DNA of 64,000 nt from assembly GCA_001792345.1 (NCBI GenBank), contig MGGJ01000004.1:74090-138089 (forward strand). Reading direction: 5' to 3'. Source of the DNA: Candidatus Woesebacteria bacterium RIFCSPHIGHO2_01_FULL_39_32 (GTDB taxonomy: Bacteria > Patescibacteriota > Microgenomatia > UBA8517). The position numbers and the translations under genes are program-made. The stretch's first letter is position 1. The number at the start of each line of letters is the position of its first letter. Below, piece after piece: positions 1-9,663 of this stretch. Below the pieces are notes generated by a model that was given only the letters and a program-made list of their open reading frames with translations, searched no databases and was not told the origin of the DNA.

Positions 1-778
1 CGGCAGCATCTCTGATCCGCTGAAGTGCCTGTTTATCTTTTTTGAGGTCAACCGCATTATCTTTCTTGAACTCTTCGGCAATATAATCAACTACTACCGC
101 GTCAAAATCATCCCCTCCCAGGTGCGTATCTCCGTTCGTGGCTTTGACTTCAAAAACCCCATCGCCGAGTTCCAAAATTGAGATATCGAAAGTTCCTCCA
201 CCAAGGTCATAAACCGCAATTTTCTCGGCTTTCTTCTTCTCAAGTCCGTACGACAATGATGCGGCAGTCGGCTCATTAATTATTCTTTCAACTTTAAAGC
301 CCGCAATTTCACCAGCCTGTTTTGTTGCCTGACGCTGGGCATCATCAAAATATGCCGGAACAGTAATGACAGCTTTATCTACCGACTCACCTAAATAGGC
401 TTCTGCGTCTTTTTTCAGCTTCATCAAAATCCGAGCCGAAATTTCTTGAGGAGTATATTCCTTACCCTCGACAACAACGACTGCCATTCCGTCTTTTCCT
501 GCTTTAACTTCGTACGGAACCATATCGATTGTTCTTTTAACTTCAGGGTCTTCGAACCTTCGACCCATAAGACGCTTAATAGAATAAATCGTGTTGTCCG
601 GATTAAGAATCATCTGACGTTTGGCAACGTCCCCCACAAGGTTTTTTACTGGTTCGACAACAGAAGGGGTAATGTTTCTGCCAGTATCAGCGGCCGGAAT
701 CACCTTTGGGTGACCGGCTTCCATGACCGATACAACTGAATTTGTTGTTCCTAAATCAATTCCAACAATTTTTGACAT
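1..778 (-). CDS. dnaK: Molecular chaperone DnaK (Hsp70), N-terminal part; gene continues beyond window start
   Basis: Reverse translation from ATG at 778 gives [35 protein letters not shown]..., canonical Hsp70 N-terminal ATPase motifs ([16 protein letters not shown]); forward-strand ORF 446..739 is an antisense artefact. Confidence 0.95.
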   Translation of the reverse strand, partial: MSKIVGIDLGTTNSVVSVMEAGHPKVIPAADTGRNITPSVVEPVKNLVGDVAKRQMILNPDNTIYSIKRLMGRRFEDPEVKRTIDMVPYEVKAGKDGMAVVVVEGKEYTPQEISARILMKLKKDAEAYLGESVDKAVITVPAYFDDAQRQATKQAGEIAGFKVERIINEPTAASLSYGLEKKKAEKIAVYDLGGGTFDISILELGDGVFEVKATNGDTHLGGDDFDAVVVDYIAEEFKKDNAVDLKKDKQALQRIRDAA

Positions 779-793
779 ACTTAAGCTTTCTAA

Positions 794-1270
794 TTACTCC
801 TTTTTGTCTCCGTTAGCTGGCGGATTTCCTCCATAGACTTTTACTTTTACTGCTCTCACTATCGGCCCGTCTTTAACCATCCACCCATCTTGCAGAACTT
901 CAGCTATCTTTCCCTTTTTATCCTTTTCGCTAGTTTTCTCGATTTCGAGAACCTCATGAATATAGGCATCAAAAATGTCACCTACACTCGTGTTAATTTT
1001 TACAATACCTTCTTCTTCCAATACCTTATTAAGCTGCCCTATCACTTGCCCCAATCCTTCATCCTTAAGGTGCTCTTGCGCTCTAGCGAGCATATCTAAG
1101 ATAGGTAAAAGTTTCTCAAATAATACTACGCTTCCCGCCTTTATAATTTCTTCCTTCTCCCTTTCAACCCTTTTCCTTAGATTATCATAATCCGCCAGTG
1201 CCCTTGCAAGCTGAATTTTCAACTCTACTACTTCTACTTCTGTGGCACCTTGAGACTTTCCTCTCTTCAT
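794..1270 (-). CDS. grpE: Nucleotide exchange factor GrpE
   Basis: 158 aa, coiled-coil N-terminus (DYDNLRKRVEREKEE) and C-terminal beta domain typical of GrpE; lies between hrcA and dnaK. Confidence 0.88.
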   Translation of the reverse strand: MKRGKSQGATEVEVVELKIQLARALADYDNLRKRVEREKEEIIKAGSVVLFEKLLPILDMLARAQEHLKDEGLGQVIGQLNKVLEEEGIVKINTSVGDIFDAYIHEVLEIEKTSEKDKKGKIAEVLQDGWMVKDGPIVRAVKVKVYGGNPPANGDKKE

Positions 1271-2001
1271 CTTGCTCCAACCTCCTCTATGAGGTCTCTA
1301 AAATACCTTATAACTGGGATAACTCGAGAGTAGGCAAGTCTCGTAGGACCAATAACTCCTATTGCCCCGTGTCTACCTTGTAATTCAAAATGACTTCCTA
1401 CAACGCCAATTGGAAGAAACCCCGGCCAACCAAGCTCTTCACCAAAAATCACTTCGACAGGAGAGCCCCCTGTCATTCTGGTAAAGAAAAGCTCGTGCAT
1501 TCTTTGAACCTCCTCGATAAACGAGAAAAGCTGGCTAGTTGCAGTTGGATCAGTAAATTCCGGATGGTGGAATATGTGTGAATATCCTGCATGCCACAAC
1601 TTGTCCTCATTATCTATGGTGGCTACTGCTAGCGACTGCGTCGCATGGGAAAGTGAGTGTGTTGCCTCATCAAGTATTTCGTCATAATCATTCTTGGCAT
1701 CCATTACATCTTCTTTGGCCTTCACCTCATCGGCCAAGCTCATTTGTTTTTCTTCCATAAGCTGGTCTATGTAAAATTTCATTGCCTTTGGAGTTGGAAC
1801 ACGACCGGCTGAAGTATGGGGTTGGCGCAAATATCCCATTGTGGTTAGCGCCATCATCTCGTTTCTGATGGTTGCAGGAGATACACCCAGGCTATATTTC
1901 TTCTCTAATGATTCCGAACCGATGGGTTCAGCCGCCTCAATATATTCATCAATAAGGGCTTTTAAAATATGTGTTTGTCGTGAGGATATTGCGTCAGACA
2001 T
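1267..2001 (-). CDS. hrcA: Heat-inducible transcription repressor HrcA
   Basis: 244 aa, winged-helix N-terminus (TQLLKALIDEYI-like), overlaps grpE start by 4 nt; CIRCE element just upstream. Confidence 0.88.
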   Translation of the reverse strand: MSDAISSRQTHILKALIDEYIEAAEPIGSESLEKKYSLGVSPATIRNEMMALTTMGYLRQPHTSAGRVPTPKAMKFYIDQLMEEKQMSLADEVKAKEDVMDAKNDYDEILDEATHSLSHATQSLAVATIDNEDKLWHAGYSHIFHHPEFTDPTATSQLFSFIEEVQRMHELFFTRMTGGSPVEVIFGEELGWPGFLPIGVVGSHFELQGRHGAIGVIGPTRLAYSRVIPVIRYFRDLIEEVGAR

Positions 2002-2033
2002 AAATTAAAAATTATAGAAATTTTGAAAAAGGA

Positions 2034-2060
2034 TTAGCAGAAGAGTACCATGAGTGCTAA
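2034..2060 (-). promoter_or_regulatory. CIRCE operator (HrcA binding site) upstream of hrcA-grpE-dnaK
   Basis: TTAGCAGAA-GAGTACCAT-GAGTGCTAA: right arm perfect CIRCE consensus (GAGTGCTAA), left arm TTAGCA conserved, 9-nt spacer; 33 bp upstream of hrcA start. Confidence 0.75.
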
Positions 2061-2065
2061 TTCAT

Positions 2066-2096
2066 GTCAAGTGCTTCGACTCGCTCGGCACTTGAC
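2066..2096. other. Perfect 9-bp inverted repeat GTCAAGTGC-N13-GCACTTGAC between murJ 3' end and hrcA promoter (candidate terminator/insulator hairpin)
   Basis: Seen directly; GC-rich stem in AT-rich context, directly downstream of murJ stop (minus strand); no clear U-tract. Confidence 0.35.
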
Positions 2097-2124
2097 CCTG
2101 AGATCATCGAATGGGTCAAGCCCC

Positions 2125-3852
2125 CTATAAACCTGGAGTGTCTGACGTGGGCGGGGCTACCTGTTCTTCCTCCTTTTTGGGAATTGGAGCTACCTGTCTT
2201 CGTATAAAAACTCTTTTTATCTGATTAAAAAATACCCAAACTTCCTGAGAACCGAAAGCAATAGATAATCCGATATATAAAACTGCTCCAGTTAGAAGAA
2301 CAAACATTGTCAAGATCAGAAGGTTTGCTGTATAGCGAGTGTCTAATACAAATCTTTGAAAAGGAATATATTTATCTGCATCGATTCTACCCAAAAAAGA
2401 AAGTTCTTTCACCCAAACACTCCTATCGAAAAACTTAAGCATGAAGTACATAAAAGTTCCTGAAAAGGCAGATGCAAAGGTCGACTTTGCAAATGGTTTC
2501 AAGAGCTTTAACGAAAATGAACCAAATTGTTTATTGATGAGATAAAAAAGAAAAAACGATTGCACAAATACTCCAATAGTCAAAGCTGCCGCAAGACCCC
2601 ATACTTCAAAATGAAAAACTCTGATGAAAAGGTAATCCAGAATTAAGGTAAGAATAATAGCGCCAACTGAAATAACTACAGGTGTTTTTGTATTATGAAG
2701 TGCGTAAAAACCCCGCGCCATTATGGCATTAGCAGATTGGAACACTATTCCTACTCCGAAGGCCGAAAGTACATAGCCTGTTTGAACTGTTGCTTCCCAA
2801 CCGAAAATATCGGTACCATAGACAAGTCGGACAATCGGAACCCTAAGAACAATAAGTGCTGCGGAAACAGGAAGAACTAAAAACACTACTTGATACAAAG
2901 CATCCAGTAGTGTTTTCTTGAATTTCCGAAGATCATCGGATTGCCGGGCTAAAGTAGGTAGCGCCGCTTTTGCAATTGAAGTTCCGAAAAGGCCTATAGG
3001 CAAAAGTTGTAGAGTATTCCCGAATGTATAATACGTATACGCCGGAACAGATATTAGCGATGCAAAAAATAGCTCAGCCGATTTGGAAATCTGCAAAAAA
3101 GAAGTTTCAATAAGTCTCGGAAAAGCCAATCTTCCTATTTTTCTAACATCTTCATTTACTTCTATTTTTGGCTTAAATCTAAACCCAAACGCATAAGCAA
3201 AAGGGAGTTGAACAATAAAATGCGAAAATGCCCCCACTACTACTCCGATAACCGGAGCAAGAAGCCCGAACTTTGGTGCGAGGAAAAGTGTCCCTAGAAT
3301 TATTCCTAGATTATAAAAAAGCGGTGCCAGCGCAGGAATCAGAAACCGCCGTAATGATTCAAGAACTCCAGTTAAAACATAGCTGACAACAAAAAATCCT
3401 TGTGCCGCAAAAAGAATTCGGGCTAAGTAGGCAATCTGTTGCTGATCGGCTAAGTTGTATCCGGGGGCAAGTAATCCATAAAGTTTATCTGCTGAAATAC
3501 TTAAAACGAGTGCGACAGATATAAAGATTACTAAACCAAGGTTTACTACAGTTGAGGCAATTTCCCACGCGTGACTATTGCCTTTTTTCAAGCTCTTTGT
3601 AAAAACGGGAATGAAGGCGGAGGAAAAAGTTCCGAAAACTAAAATCTCAAATAACAGGTCGGGTAAACGAAACGCGGCAAAAAACAAAGAAAGCTCACTA
3701 GGGGTAAAAAAGTGGGCAAGCACACGCTGTCTTACCAAACCCAAAACCCTCGAGGCAACTATCATAATCATTATTATCGTCGCCGCTGATAGTACACTTT
3801 CCTGAGGATTGGTTAAAAATCGTTTACCCTTTTGAATAATCTTATTAACCAT
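2125..3852 (-). CDS. murJ: Lipid II flippase MurJ (MviN family), with ~25-aa Pro/Glu-rich C-terminal tail
   Basis: 575 aa, 14 predicted TM helices, N-terminal RVLGLVRQ-like motif typical of MurJ/MOP superfamily. Confidence 0.82.
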   Translation of the reverse strand: MVNKIIQKGKRFLTNPQESVLSAATIIMIMIVASRVLGLVRQRVLAHFFTPSELSLFFAAFRLPDLLFEILVFGTFSSAFIPVFTKSLKKGNSHAWEIASTVVNLGLVIFISVALVLSISADKLYGLLAPGYNLADQQQIAYLARILFAAQGFFVVSYVLTGVLESLRRFLIPALAPLFYNLGIILGTLFLAPKFGLLAPVIGVVVGAFSHFIVQLPFAYAFGFRFKPKIEVNEDVRKIGRLAFPRLIETSFLQISKSAELFFASLISVPAYTYYTFGNTLQLLPIGLFGTSIAKAALPTLARQSDDLRKFKKTLLDALYQVVFLVLPVSAALIVLRVPIVRLVYGTDIFGWEATVQTGYVLSAFGVGIVFQSANAIMARGFYALHNTKTPVVISVGAIILTLILDYLFIRVFHFEVWGLAAALTIGVFVQSFFLFYLINKQFGSFSLKLLKPFAKSTFASAFSGTFMYFMLKFFDRSVWVKELSFLGRIDADKYIPFQRFVLDTRYTANLLILTMFVLLTGAVLYIGLSIAFGSQEVWVFFNQIKRVFIRRQVAPIPKKEEEQVAPPTSDTPGL

Positions 3853-3973
3853 ATCTGATTGATATTTCGAACTTGTTAGATTATACTCGCGACAGAGAAT
3901 AGTAATAAAGAACTAAAGAGAATAGTGTATTATACTTTCCTCTAAATTACTTTAGTTTTTTATTCTTAATAAA

Positions 3974-4267
3974 ATGCCTGTAACAAAAACCGCAAAAAGA
4001 GCCCTAAGAAGCTCGAAAAGGAAGGAAGTTGTAAATAAAAGGGTATCGGGGGAACTTGGTGCAAGTATTAGAATTGCAAAGAAAAGTAAACGGGAGGAAG
4101 ATATAAAGAAAGCAATTTCCTTTGCCGATAGGGCTGCAAAGACACACATTGTTCATAAAAATAAAGCTGCTCGTATAAAAAGTGCACTTTCTAAACTCCT
4201 TCTCAAAAAAGCTGCAAAAACAACAAAGATCGTAAAGAAAACCAAAAAAGCCTCAAAGAAAAACTAA
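3974..4267 (+). CDS. rpsT: 30S ribosomal protein S20 with Lys-rich C-terminal extension
   Basis: MPVTKTAKRALRSSKRK...NKAARIKS matches bS20 N-terminal signature; 97 aa. Confidence 0.85.
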   Translation: MPVTKTAKRALRSSKRKEVVNKRVSGELGASIRIAKKSKREEDIKKAISFADRAAKTHIVHKNKAARIKSALSKLLLKKAAKTTKIVKKTKKASKKN

Positions 4268-4390
4268 CTTTCATTCAACTTCTTTATTGTGATATATTGA
4301 GAGTGAAACTAGAACATAGTACAAAGGGCAAAGTACAAAGGAAATTTCTTTGTTGTTAGTTCTTTGAACTTTGTTCTGCGCGAAGCGCCT

Positions 4391-5002
4391 ATGGCTGCCC
4401 AAAACAAAACCGAAATTAACCTTCTTCCCCAGAAAGGGTTTGAGGCAACAACTACGGGAAGAATTTTGGCTTGGATACTTTCAACGTTTAGAGTGATAGT
4501 AATCGTGACGGAAATTATCGTTATGATTGCTTTTCTTTCTCGATTCTGGCTAGATGCCCAAAACTCAGATCTAGATGAAAAATTAGATGAAAAAAAAGCA
4601 CTACTGTCTACCTCGCTTACTTTTGAGAACCAATTCAGAGACACACAGAAACGGCTTTCTGTTTTCTCCCAAATTACATCACAAGAAAGTGTATTGAGTA
4701 GTTCTCTCAAGGATATCGCTTCACATTTACCCGACGATCTTTTTCTATCTTCGGTTACATTTAATAAAAATTCTTATACCATAGAAGGTATTACTCCGAA
4801 CGAACGAAGCATCCAACAACTCATTGTCAATCTGGGTTCCAGTGGGATTTTTCAAAGCGTTGGTCTTAATGAAATCAGTTCTGATGTACGAAGTCCCGAT
4901 TTATTAAATTTCAAGCTAATCGCAAATTTCAAACAAACCGAACCAGAAGATAATTCGGCAACACTTGAAGGGGAGGAGGTACCAGAAGAGGTATCCGAGT
5001 AA
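4391..5002 (+). CDS. PilN-like fimbrial assembly protein (type IV pilus inner-membrane component)
   Basis: EINLLP motif at N-terminus followed by single TM helix (ILAWILSTFRVIVIV) and periplasmic domain; ORF track begins at TTG 4364, first ATG is 4391. Confidence 0.6.
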   Translation: MAAQNKTEINLLPQKGFEATTTGRILAWILSTFRVIVIVTEIIVMIAFLSRFWLDAQNSDLDEKLDEKKALLSTSLTFENQFRDTQKRLSVFSQITSQESVLSSSLKDIASHLPDDLFLSSVTFNKNSYTIEGITPNERSIQQLIVNLGSSGIFQSVGLNEISSDVRSPDLLNFKLIANFKQTEPEDNSATLEGEEVPEEVSE

Positions 5003-5007
5003 AATTT

Positions 5008-5697
5008 ATGTATCCTGGTTGGAGAAATAACTATCTAAGATATAAAACTTACTTTTTAAACGTATTGGGCAGATACAGGGAAAGGGCAGACGTGCGGGTT
5101 TATCTGGAAATACTGCTTTCTCTTACCGCAATCTCAATTTTTTCCGTCTTTGCCCTTCGACCAACTTTGCTAACCATAGCCGAGTTAATCAAAGAAATAG
5201 AATCCAAAAAACTTACTCTTACCCAAATGGAAGAAAAAATAAATAACTTATCCCAGGCCCAAACATTATTTGATAGGGAAAGAGGAAAAATAGTACTTTT
5301 GGACACCTCCATACCCCAAAAAATCGATCCTGTTATTTTTGCCCGGCAGATGGAAGGTCTATCTTCAAAACATCAATCCCAAATTCTTGAAGTCTTAACG
5401 GGCTCAACTCCAATTTCAGGAGAAGTGGTAATCGGAAGCTCAACCGACTCATCCAGTAGCTCGCGAGATGTTGAAGCACTACCAGAAGGTACGCTAACCT
5501 TCAAATATTCAATTCAATTAGTGTCTGCTTTAGATCAATTTACAGCACTTTCCAACTTCCTTTCTGATCTTGAACAACTTCGGCTACCTTCCAAATTAGA
5601 TTCTCTAAGCCTAAGTACAACCGAAATAGATCAAGAAAAATTTTTGTTAATGAGAATAGAAGGAAGATTGCCATATTATTCGAAAGGAGTGGAGTGA
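5008..5697 (+). CDS. PilO-like pilus assembly protein (bitopic, coiled-coil then periplasmic domain)
   Basis: 229 aa, one TM (ILLSLTAISIFSVFAL), coiled-coil segment, position immediately after PilN-like gene; family call by architecture only. Confidence 0.45.
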   Translation: MYPGWRNNYLRYKTYFLNVLGRYRERADVRVYLEILLSLTAISIFSVFALRPTLLTIAELIKEIESKKLTLTQMEEKINNLSQAQTLFDRERGKIVLLDTSIPQKIDPVIFARQMEGLSSKHQSQILEVLTGSTPISGEVVIGSSTDSSSSSRDVEALPEGTLTFKYSIQLVSALDQFTALSNFLSDLEQLRLPSKLDSLSLSTTEIDQEKFLLMRIEGRLPYYSKGVE

Positions 5698-5698
5698 A

Positions 5699-6016
5699 AT
5701 GAAAAAACCAAAAGCCCCAAGATTAGTAACTGTAGCCATATTTACAACTATTACCATTATCTTCTGGGTATTTTTCAGTCTTTATGGTATATTTACCTCA
5801 AAAGCTCCCGTTGAAGTTGATCCCAAACTTCTGGAACCTCTCGATCCGTCTTTAGACATTAACGCGCTAACACAACTTGAAGGAAGAGTGTTTTTCGAAG
5901 AAGGTGACTTTGCTTCACCAACTTTAATCATTCAACCTGTTGTTACACCACCACCCGAACAGCCCCCTTCCGAAACCGTAGCAACAGAATCGGCAGAAGA
6001 ATTACTATCAGAATAA
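5699..6016 (+). CDS. Small bitopic membrane protein with Pro-rich C-terminus (pilus operon member, PilP-like position)
   Basis: 105 aa, start 2 nt after pilO-like stop; one TM; function unknown. Confidence 0.45.
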   Translation: MKKPKAPRLVTVAIFTTITIIFWVFFSLYGIFTSKAPVEVDPKLLEPLDPSLDINALTQLEGRVFFEEGDFASPTLIIQPVVTPPPEQPPSETVATESAEELLSE

Positions 6017-6068
6017 AAATAAAAATTGTGAGTTGATTTAAAAATAAACACACTTTATTATTAATTAT

Positions 6069-7217
6069 ATGCCCGACCTTAGCCAAAATACTGATCCGAA
6101 AATTTCTGGTTCTTTTCCACCCGATCCTGGAGGTACTTCCTCCGATCAGGAGGAACCAACAACTTCTTATCCAAATCCCCTTGGTAATCCGGGTAACCCT
6201 GTACTTACACCCCCCCCTTCTTCGCCCCAAATTCTTACCGATACTGGCCAGACTGATTCATCTTCTCCGATTGTACAAACCACATCAGGTGGCTCTAATA
6301 ATCCACCCCCTCAACCAGACACAGTTGTCAACGCCCCACATGCACCCAAAAAATATGGAGGAAAAAAAGTAATTGCTACAATTTTTGGAGTGCTTCTTCT
6401 TATCGGAGGCGTGACAGTAGGAGTTCTCCTGGTACAACGCCAACAGCTACTTGAACAAGAAGCGTCGAGTGGAGATACACCCCCGTCGTGTCCATCAGAC
6501 ACCCAATTGCTGTTCTCCAATTCAGGAGATCTACATGTTGGAGATACAGTGGGATCGGGTGGATCAATAAGTTCTATGCAAGGCTCATGGAAGGTAGCCT
6601 CTCGGAATGGAGTGCTTATGGCGGAAAGTGGGGCAAAAATCACCGTAGATTTTCCAAATTCTACTCATCTTGATACTGCTTTAATTTATGATAATGATCC
6701 GAAATCAGGAGAACAGCCTTGGTCAATAAATGGTGTAAGCTTACCCGTAACGGACAATAATGAATGGGGTCCTCCCTTTAATTTGAATTTAACTGCAACT
6801 CAAATGGTCTTTAATAATGGCGGGGATAGTCCACATTTTAATATTTGTATTAAACCACCAACCATTACAGCTACACCAACAGCTACACCACCAAATACAC
6901 CGACGTTAACTCCTCCACCAGAAATTACAGCAGAGTGTAGCGCTGTTAAAGCATATGATAGTGAGTGGAATCTTCTTTCCTCAACTGATCTTGCAAATCT
7001 TAAGGCGGGAGATGTTGTAAGATTTACGGTATCAGGTACAGCTTCTAGTGGAACTTTCGATAAAGCTCGATTCACAATAAATGGTGTACTTCGAGCTGAA
7101 GTTACGACTAAAAAACCTGGGAGTAATGAATTTTACGATCAATATACTGTTCCAGTCGGGGTAACAACATTTAATGTTTCGGCTCAAATCCACCATACAG
7201 ATCTTGGGTGGTTTTAA
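6069..7217 (+). CDS. Secreted/anchored Pro-Thr-Ser-rich surface protein
   Basis: 382 aa; low-complexity P/T/S N-terminal region, internal TM (VIATIFGVLLLIGGVTVGVLLV), PT-linker TITATPTATPPNTPTLTPPP; no recognisable catalytic domain. Confidence 0.5.
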   Translation: MPDLSQNTDPKISGSFPPDPGGTSSDQEEPTTSYPNPLGNPGNPVLTPPPSSPQILTDTGQTDSSSPIVQTTSGGSNNPPPQPDTVVNAPHAPKKYGGKKVIATIFGVLLLIGGVTVGVLLVQRQQLLEQEASSGDTPPSCPSDTQLLFSNSGDLHVGDTVGSGGSISSMQGSWKVASRNGVLMAESGAKITVDFPNSTHLDTALIYDNDPKSGEQPWSINGVSLPVTDNNEWGPPFNLNLTATQMVFNNGGDSPHFNICIKPPTITATPTATPPNTPTLTPPPEITAECSAVKAYDSEWNLLSSTDLANLKAGDVVRFTVSGTASSGTFDKARFTINGVLRAEVTTKKPGSNEFYDQYTVPVGVTTFNVSAQIHHTDLGWF

Positions 7218-7223
7218 CAAAAT

Positions 7224-7970
7224 ATGAAAGATTTATTTAAAGGCAAAGTAGTAACAGCACTTGTAGTAATAGCCACTGTGATTTTGGCGGGGGTAGCCAT
7301 ATTTACTGCAGTGAGGCTTTACCAACTTAGACGTGAGCCTGTTGCACCTACTGCACCCGAAAGCGAACCTGCTGCATGGGATTGTAGTAAATACACTTTC
7401 TCTGTAAGCGGAACCGGAGTAGTTTCCGTAAACAATCAGTCGACAAGGAACGAACCCTCCCAACAAGCCAAGGTGTATATCAATGGAAATTTGGTTAATA
7501 CCTTCGATGTCCCTGCTCTACCAATGGGACAAAGTGCTACACTAGGCACAGTCCAGGTCCCTACTGGCTCTTTCAATTGGAGGGTAGTCGGAACTCAAGA
7601 TTGTCAAAGCTCAGGTACATCATCTGGCGGTCCTGTTGCCTGCGAAAGTCTCGCCTTCTCACTTACGGAAAATTCACCTACACCCACTATTACTGGTACA
7701 GTCACTCCCAGTCTAACACCCACATCAACACCAACAGGCACTCCTTCTCCCACCTTACCACCCGACGTAACAGCTACCCCTACTCCTACTAATCCTCCTG
7801 GTGCAACTTCTACTTCAACGCCCACGCCAACGCAAGGTGGTGGTATTGCGGCAGCTTCCCCCACACCGGGTGGAGCCGCTCTTCCTGACGCAGGAATTAG
7901 TACTCCAACACTGCTAGCTTTAACTGTTGGAATCTTAATGCTAATAGGTGCACTTCTACTTGCTTTGTAA
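7224..7970 (+). CDS. Surface protein with N-terminal signal anchor, PT-rich linker and C-terminal LPDAG + hydrophobic segment
   Basis: 248 aa; TPTITGTVTPSLTPTSTPTGTPSPT linker; C-terminus ...AALPDAGISTPTLLALTVGILMLIGALLLAL* resembles LPXTG-type sorting signal lacking basic tail. Confidence 0.5.
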   Translation: MKDLFKGKVVTALVVIATVILAGVAIFTAVRLYQLRREPVAPTAPESEPAAWDCSKYTFSVSGTGVVSVNNQSTRNEPSQQAKVYINGNLVNTFDVPALPMGQSATLGTVQVPTGSFNWRVVGTQDCQSSGTSSGGPVACESLAFSLTENSPTPTITGTVTPSLTPTSTPTGTPSPTLPPDVTATPTPTNPPGATSTSTPTPTQGGGIAAASPTPGGAALPDAGISTPTLLALTVGILMLIGALLLAL

Positions 7971-8012
7971 TTTAAGTATTCACCAACTTATCTTAATTGA
8001 TATACTTTTAAG

Positions 8013-9662
8013 GTGGTTATGCGTGGAATGAAAGACTTAAGCAAAAAAATTAACTTTTGGGAGATCTTTTTTTTTGCAATTCTATTCATTTTTTCCTCCT
8101 TTCTTATGTGGAAAACCTTCAGAGTCAACTCCTCCGGCAACATGCAAGTTGCAACGAGAGTATGGAGTGATTTTGCCGCCACCATTCCCCTTATTCGTTC
8201 TTTTTCGTATGGATCAAACTTCCCTATTCAATACCCAATTTTTGCGGGACCCCCAATTCGCTACCACTTCGTATTTTTCGCTGTGGTTGGCTTTCTTGAA
8301 AAAATAGGATTAAGGATCGATTGGGCACTTAATGGCTTGAGTGTTCTTGGATTTTTTCTACTTTGCTTTGTAATCTATCTAGTCGGAAAAACAGTATTTA
8401 AAAGCCGAAGTGTAGGGATTCTTTCTGTCATACTTTTCCTTTTTAATGGATCTTTTGGTTTTCTAGAATTTTTCAAAAGACACCCTTTATCTCTAAACAC
8501 TTTTACGGACATAATTAAAAATACAGAGTTTTCATCTTTCGGGCCGTACGACGGAAAAATAGTTTCTGCTTTTTGGAGTCTTAACATATTTACAAATCAA
8601 AGACATCTATCCTTAGCCTACGCTTCATTTATTTTTTTGGTTTTGTCAATTTTCTATTTCTCAAAACATCCAAAAAAGTTTACTTGGACTTTAAGCTTAC
8701 TTTTAGGTATTTTTTTAGGATTATTCCCATTTATACACCTTGCTGTTTTTGCAATGATGGGAATTGCTATTTTTACCTTTTTTATTCTATATCCTAAGAT
8801 TCGAGTAAAGTTAATCGTGCTAGGTCTCATCGCCATTACCCTCGCGGTTCCTCAATACTTTTATATGGGCAAGTCGGCAAACCAAACAGAGCTTTTCAAT
8901 CCCGGGTATTTAATTGGGAATAAAACCCCATTTGGAATTTTGACCTATTGGATTATGAACTTAGGAATTGGCCTGTTATTAGCGCCTGTTGGTTTTATCT
9001 TTGCTAAAAGATCACAAAGAAAAGTTTTTTTGCCTTTCCTGATTTTATTCCTGGTTGGAAACCTTTTTCGTTTTTCTGCTGAGGTCGCCGCAAATCATAA
9101 ATTTTTTAATCTCTTCGTAATCGGCATGAATTTCTATGTTGCATTAACTCTCGTAAAAATTTGGAGAGTCAAAATATTCGGGAAAATAGCAGCCATACTT
9201 TTATTAATACCTCTTACTCTCACCGGCATCATAGACTTTTTTCCAATTGTCAACGATAGACATATTGAACTTCTCGACTATCCAAACGATCCGAAAGTTA
9301 GCTTTATAGTCGAAAATACGGATCCCGATTCTACTTTCTTAAATTCCCAATTTCTTTACCACCCCGCTTCGGTTGCCGGAAGAAAAATCTTTATGGGCTG
9401 GCCGTATTTTCCGTGGTCGGCGGGATACGACACTCACGAAAGAGGACAAAAATTGGATGCACTTTATAGTTCTAATAATAAAGTCTTCGTATGCAACTTA
9501 CTTCTTCAAAGCAACATTGACTATGTGACGGTCCAAGACACAAGTAACGATCGCGACTTCCCTGATATAAATATTGATTTTTTTGAACAAAATTTCAGGC
9601 TTATCTATAAGGATTCCGAAAGTGAATTTAGAATTTTCGATGTTTCTTCAAGTTGCCGATAG
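8013..9662 (+). CDS. Large polytopic membrane protein, GT-C-like (ArnT/PMT-family-like) glycosyltransferase candidate
   Basis: 549 aa, >12 TM helices, long extracytoplasmic C-terminal domain; architecture of GT-C fold transferases; no soluble GT motif. Confidence 0.5.
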   Translation: MVMRGMKDLSKKINFWEIFFFAILFIFSSFLMWKTFRVNSSGNMQVATRVWSDFAATIPLIRSFSYGSNFPIQYPIFAGPPIRYHFVFFAVVGFLEKIGLRIDWALNGLSVLGFFLLCFVIYLVGKTVFKSRSVGILSVILFLFNGSFGFLEFFKRHPLSLNTFTDIIKNTEFSSFGPYDGKIVSAFWSLNIFTNQRHLSLAYASFIFLVLSIFYFSKHPKKFTWTLSLLLGIFLGLFPFIHLAVFAMMGIAIFTFFILYPKIRVKLIVLGLIAITLAVPQYFYMGKSANQTELFNPGYLIGNKTPFGILTYWIMNLGIGLLLAPVGFIFAKRSQRKVFLPFLILFLVGNLFRFSAEVAANHKFFNLFVIGMNFYVALTLVKIWRVKIFGKIAAILLLIPLTLTGIIDFFPIVNDRHIELLDYPNDPKVSFIVENTDPDSTFLNSQFLYHPASVAGRKIFMGWPYFPWSAGYDTHERGQKLDALYSSNNKVFVCNLLLQSNIDYVTVQDTSNDRDFPDINIDFFEQNFRLIYKDSESEFRIFDVSSSCR

Positions 9663-9663
9663 C

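Noticed and set aside
446-1190. Plus-strand ORFs 446..739, 890..1099, 975..1190 and similar short ORFs antisense to dnaK/grpE/hrcA, plus many others of 60-100 aa listed in the track
   Set aside because: Fully embedded antisense in well-supported conserved genes, with low-complexity translations; treated as spurious.
7900-7970. C-terminal LPDAG motif as a definite sortase substrate
   Set aside because: It lacks the canonical Thr at position 4 and the positively charged tail after the TM segment. Kept only as a low-confidence observation.
9574-9663. ORF-track start of the second GT-C gene at 9574, overlapping the upstream gene by 89 nt
   Set aside because: The N-terminal 30 residues would be read from the other gene's 3' end in another frame. 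The ATG at 9664, 1 nt after the upstream stop, begins the hydrophobic signal/TM region.
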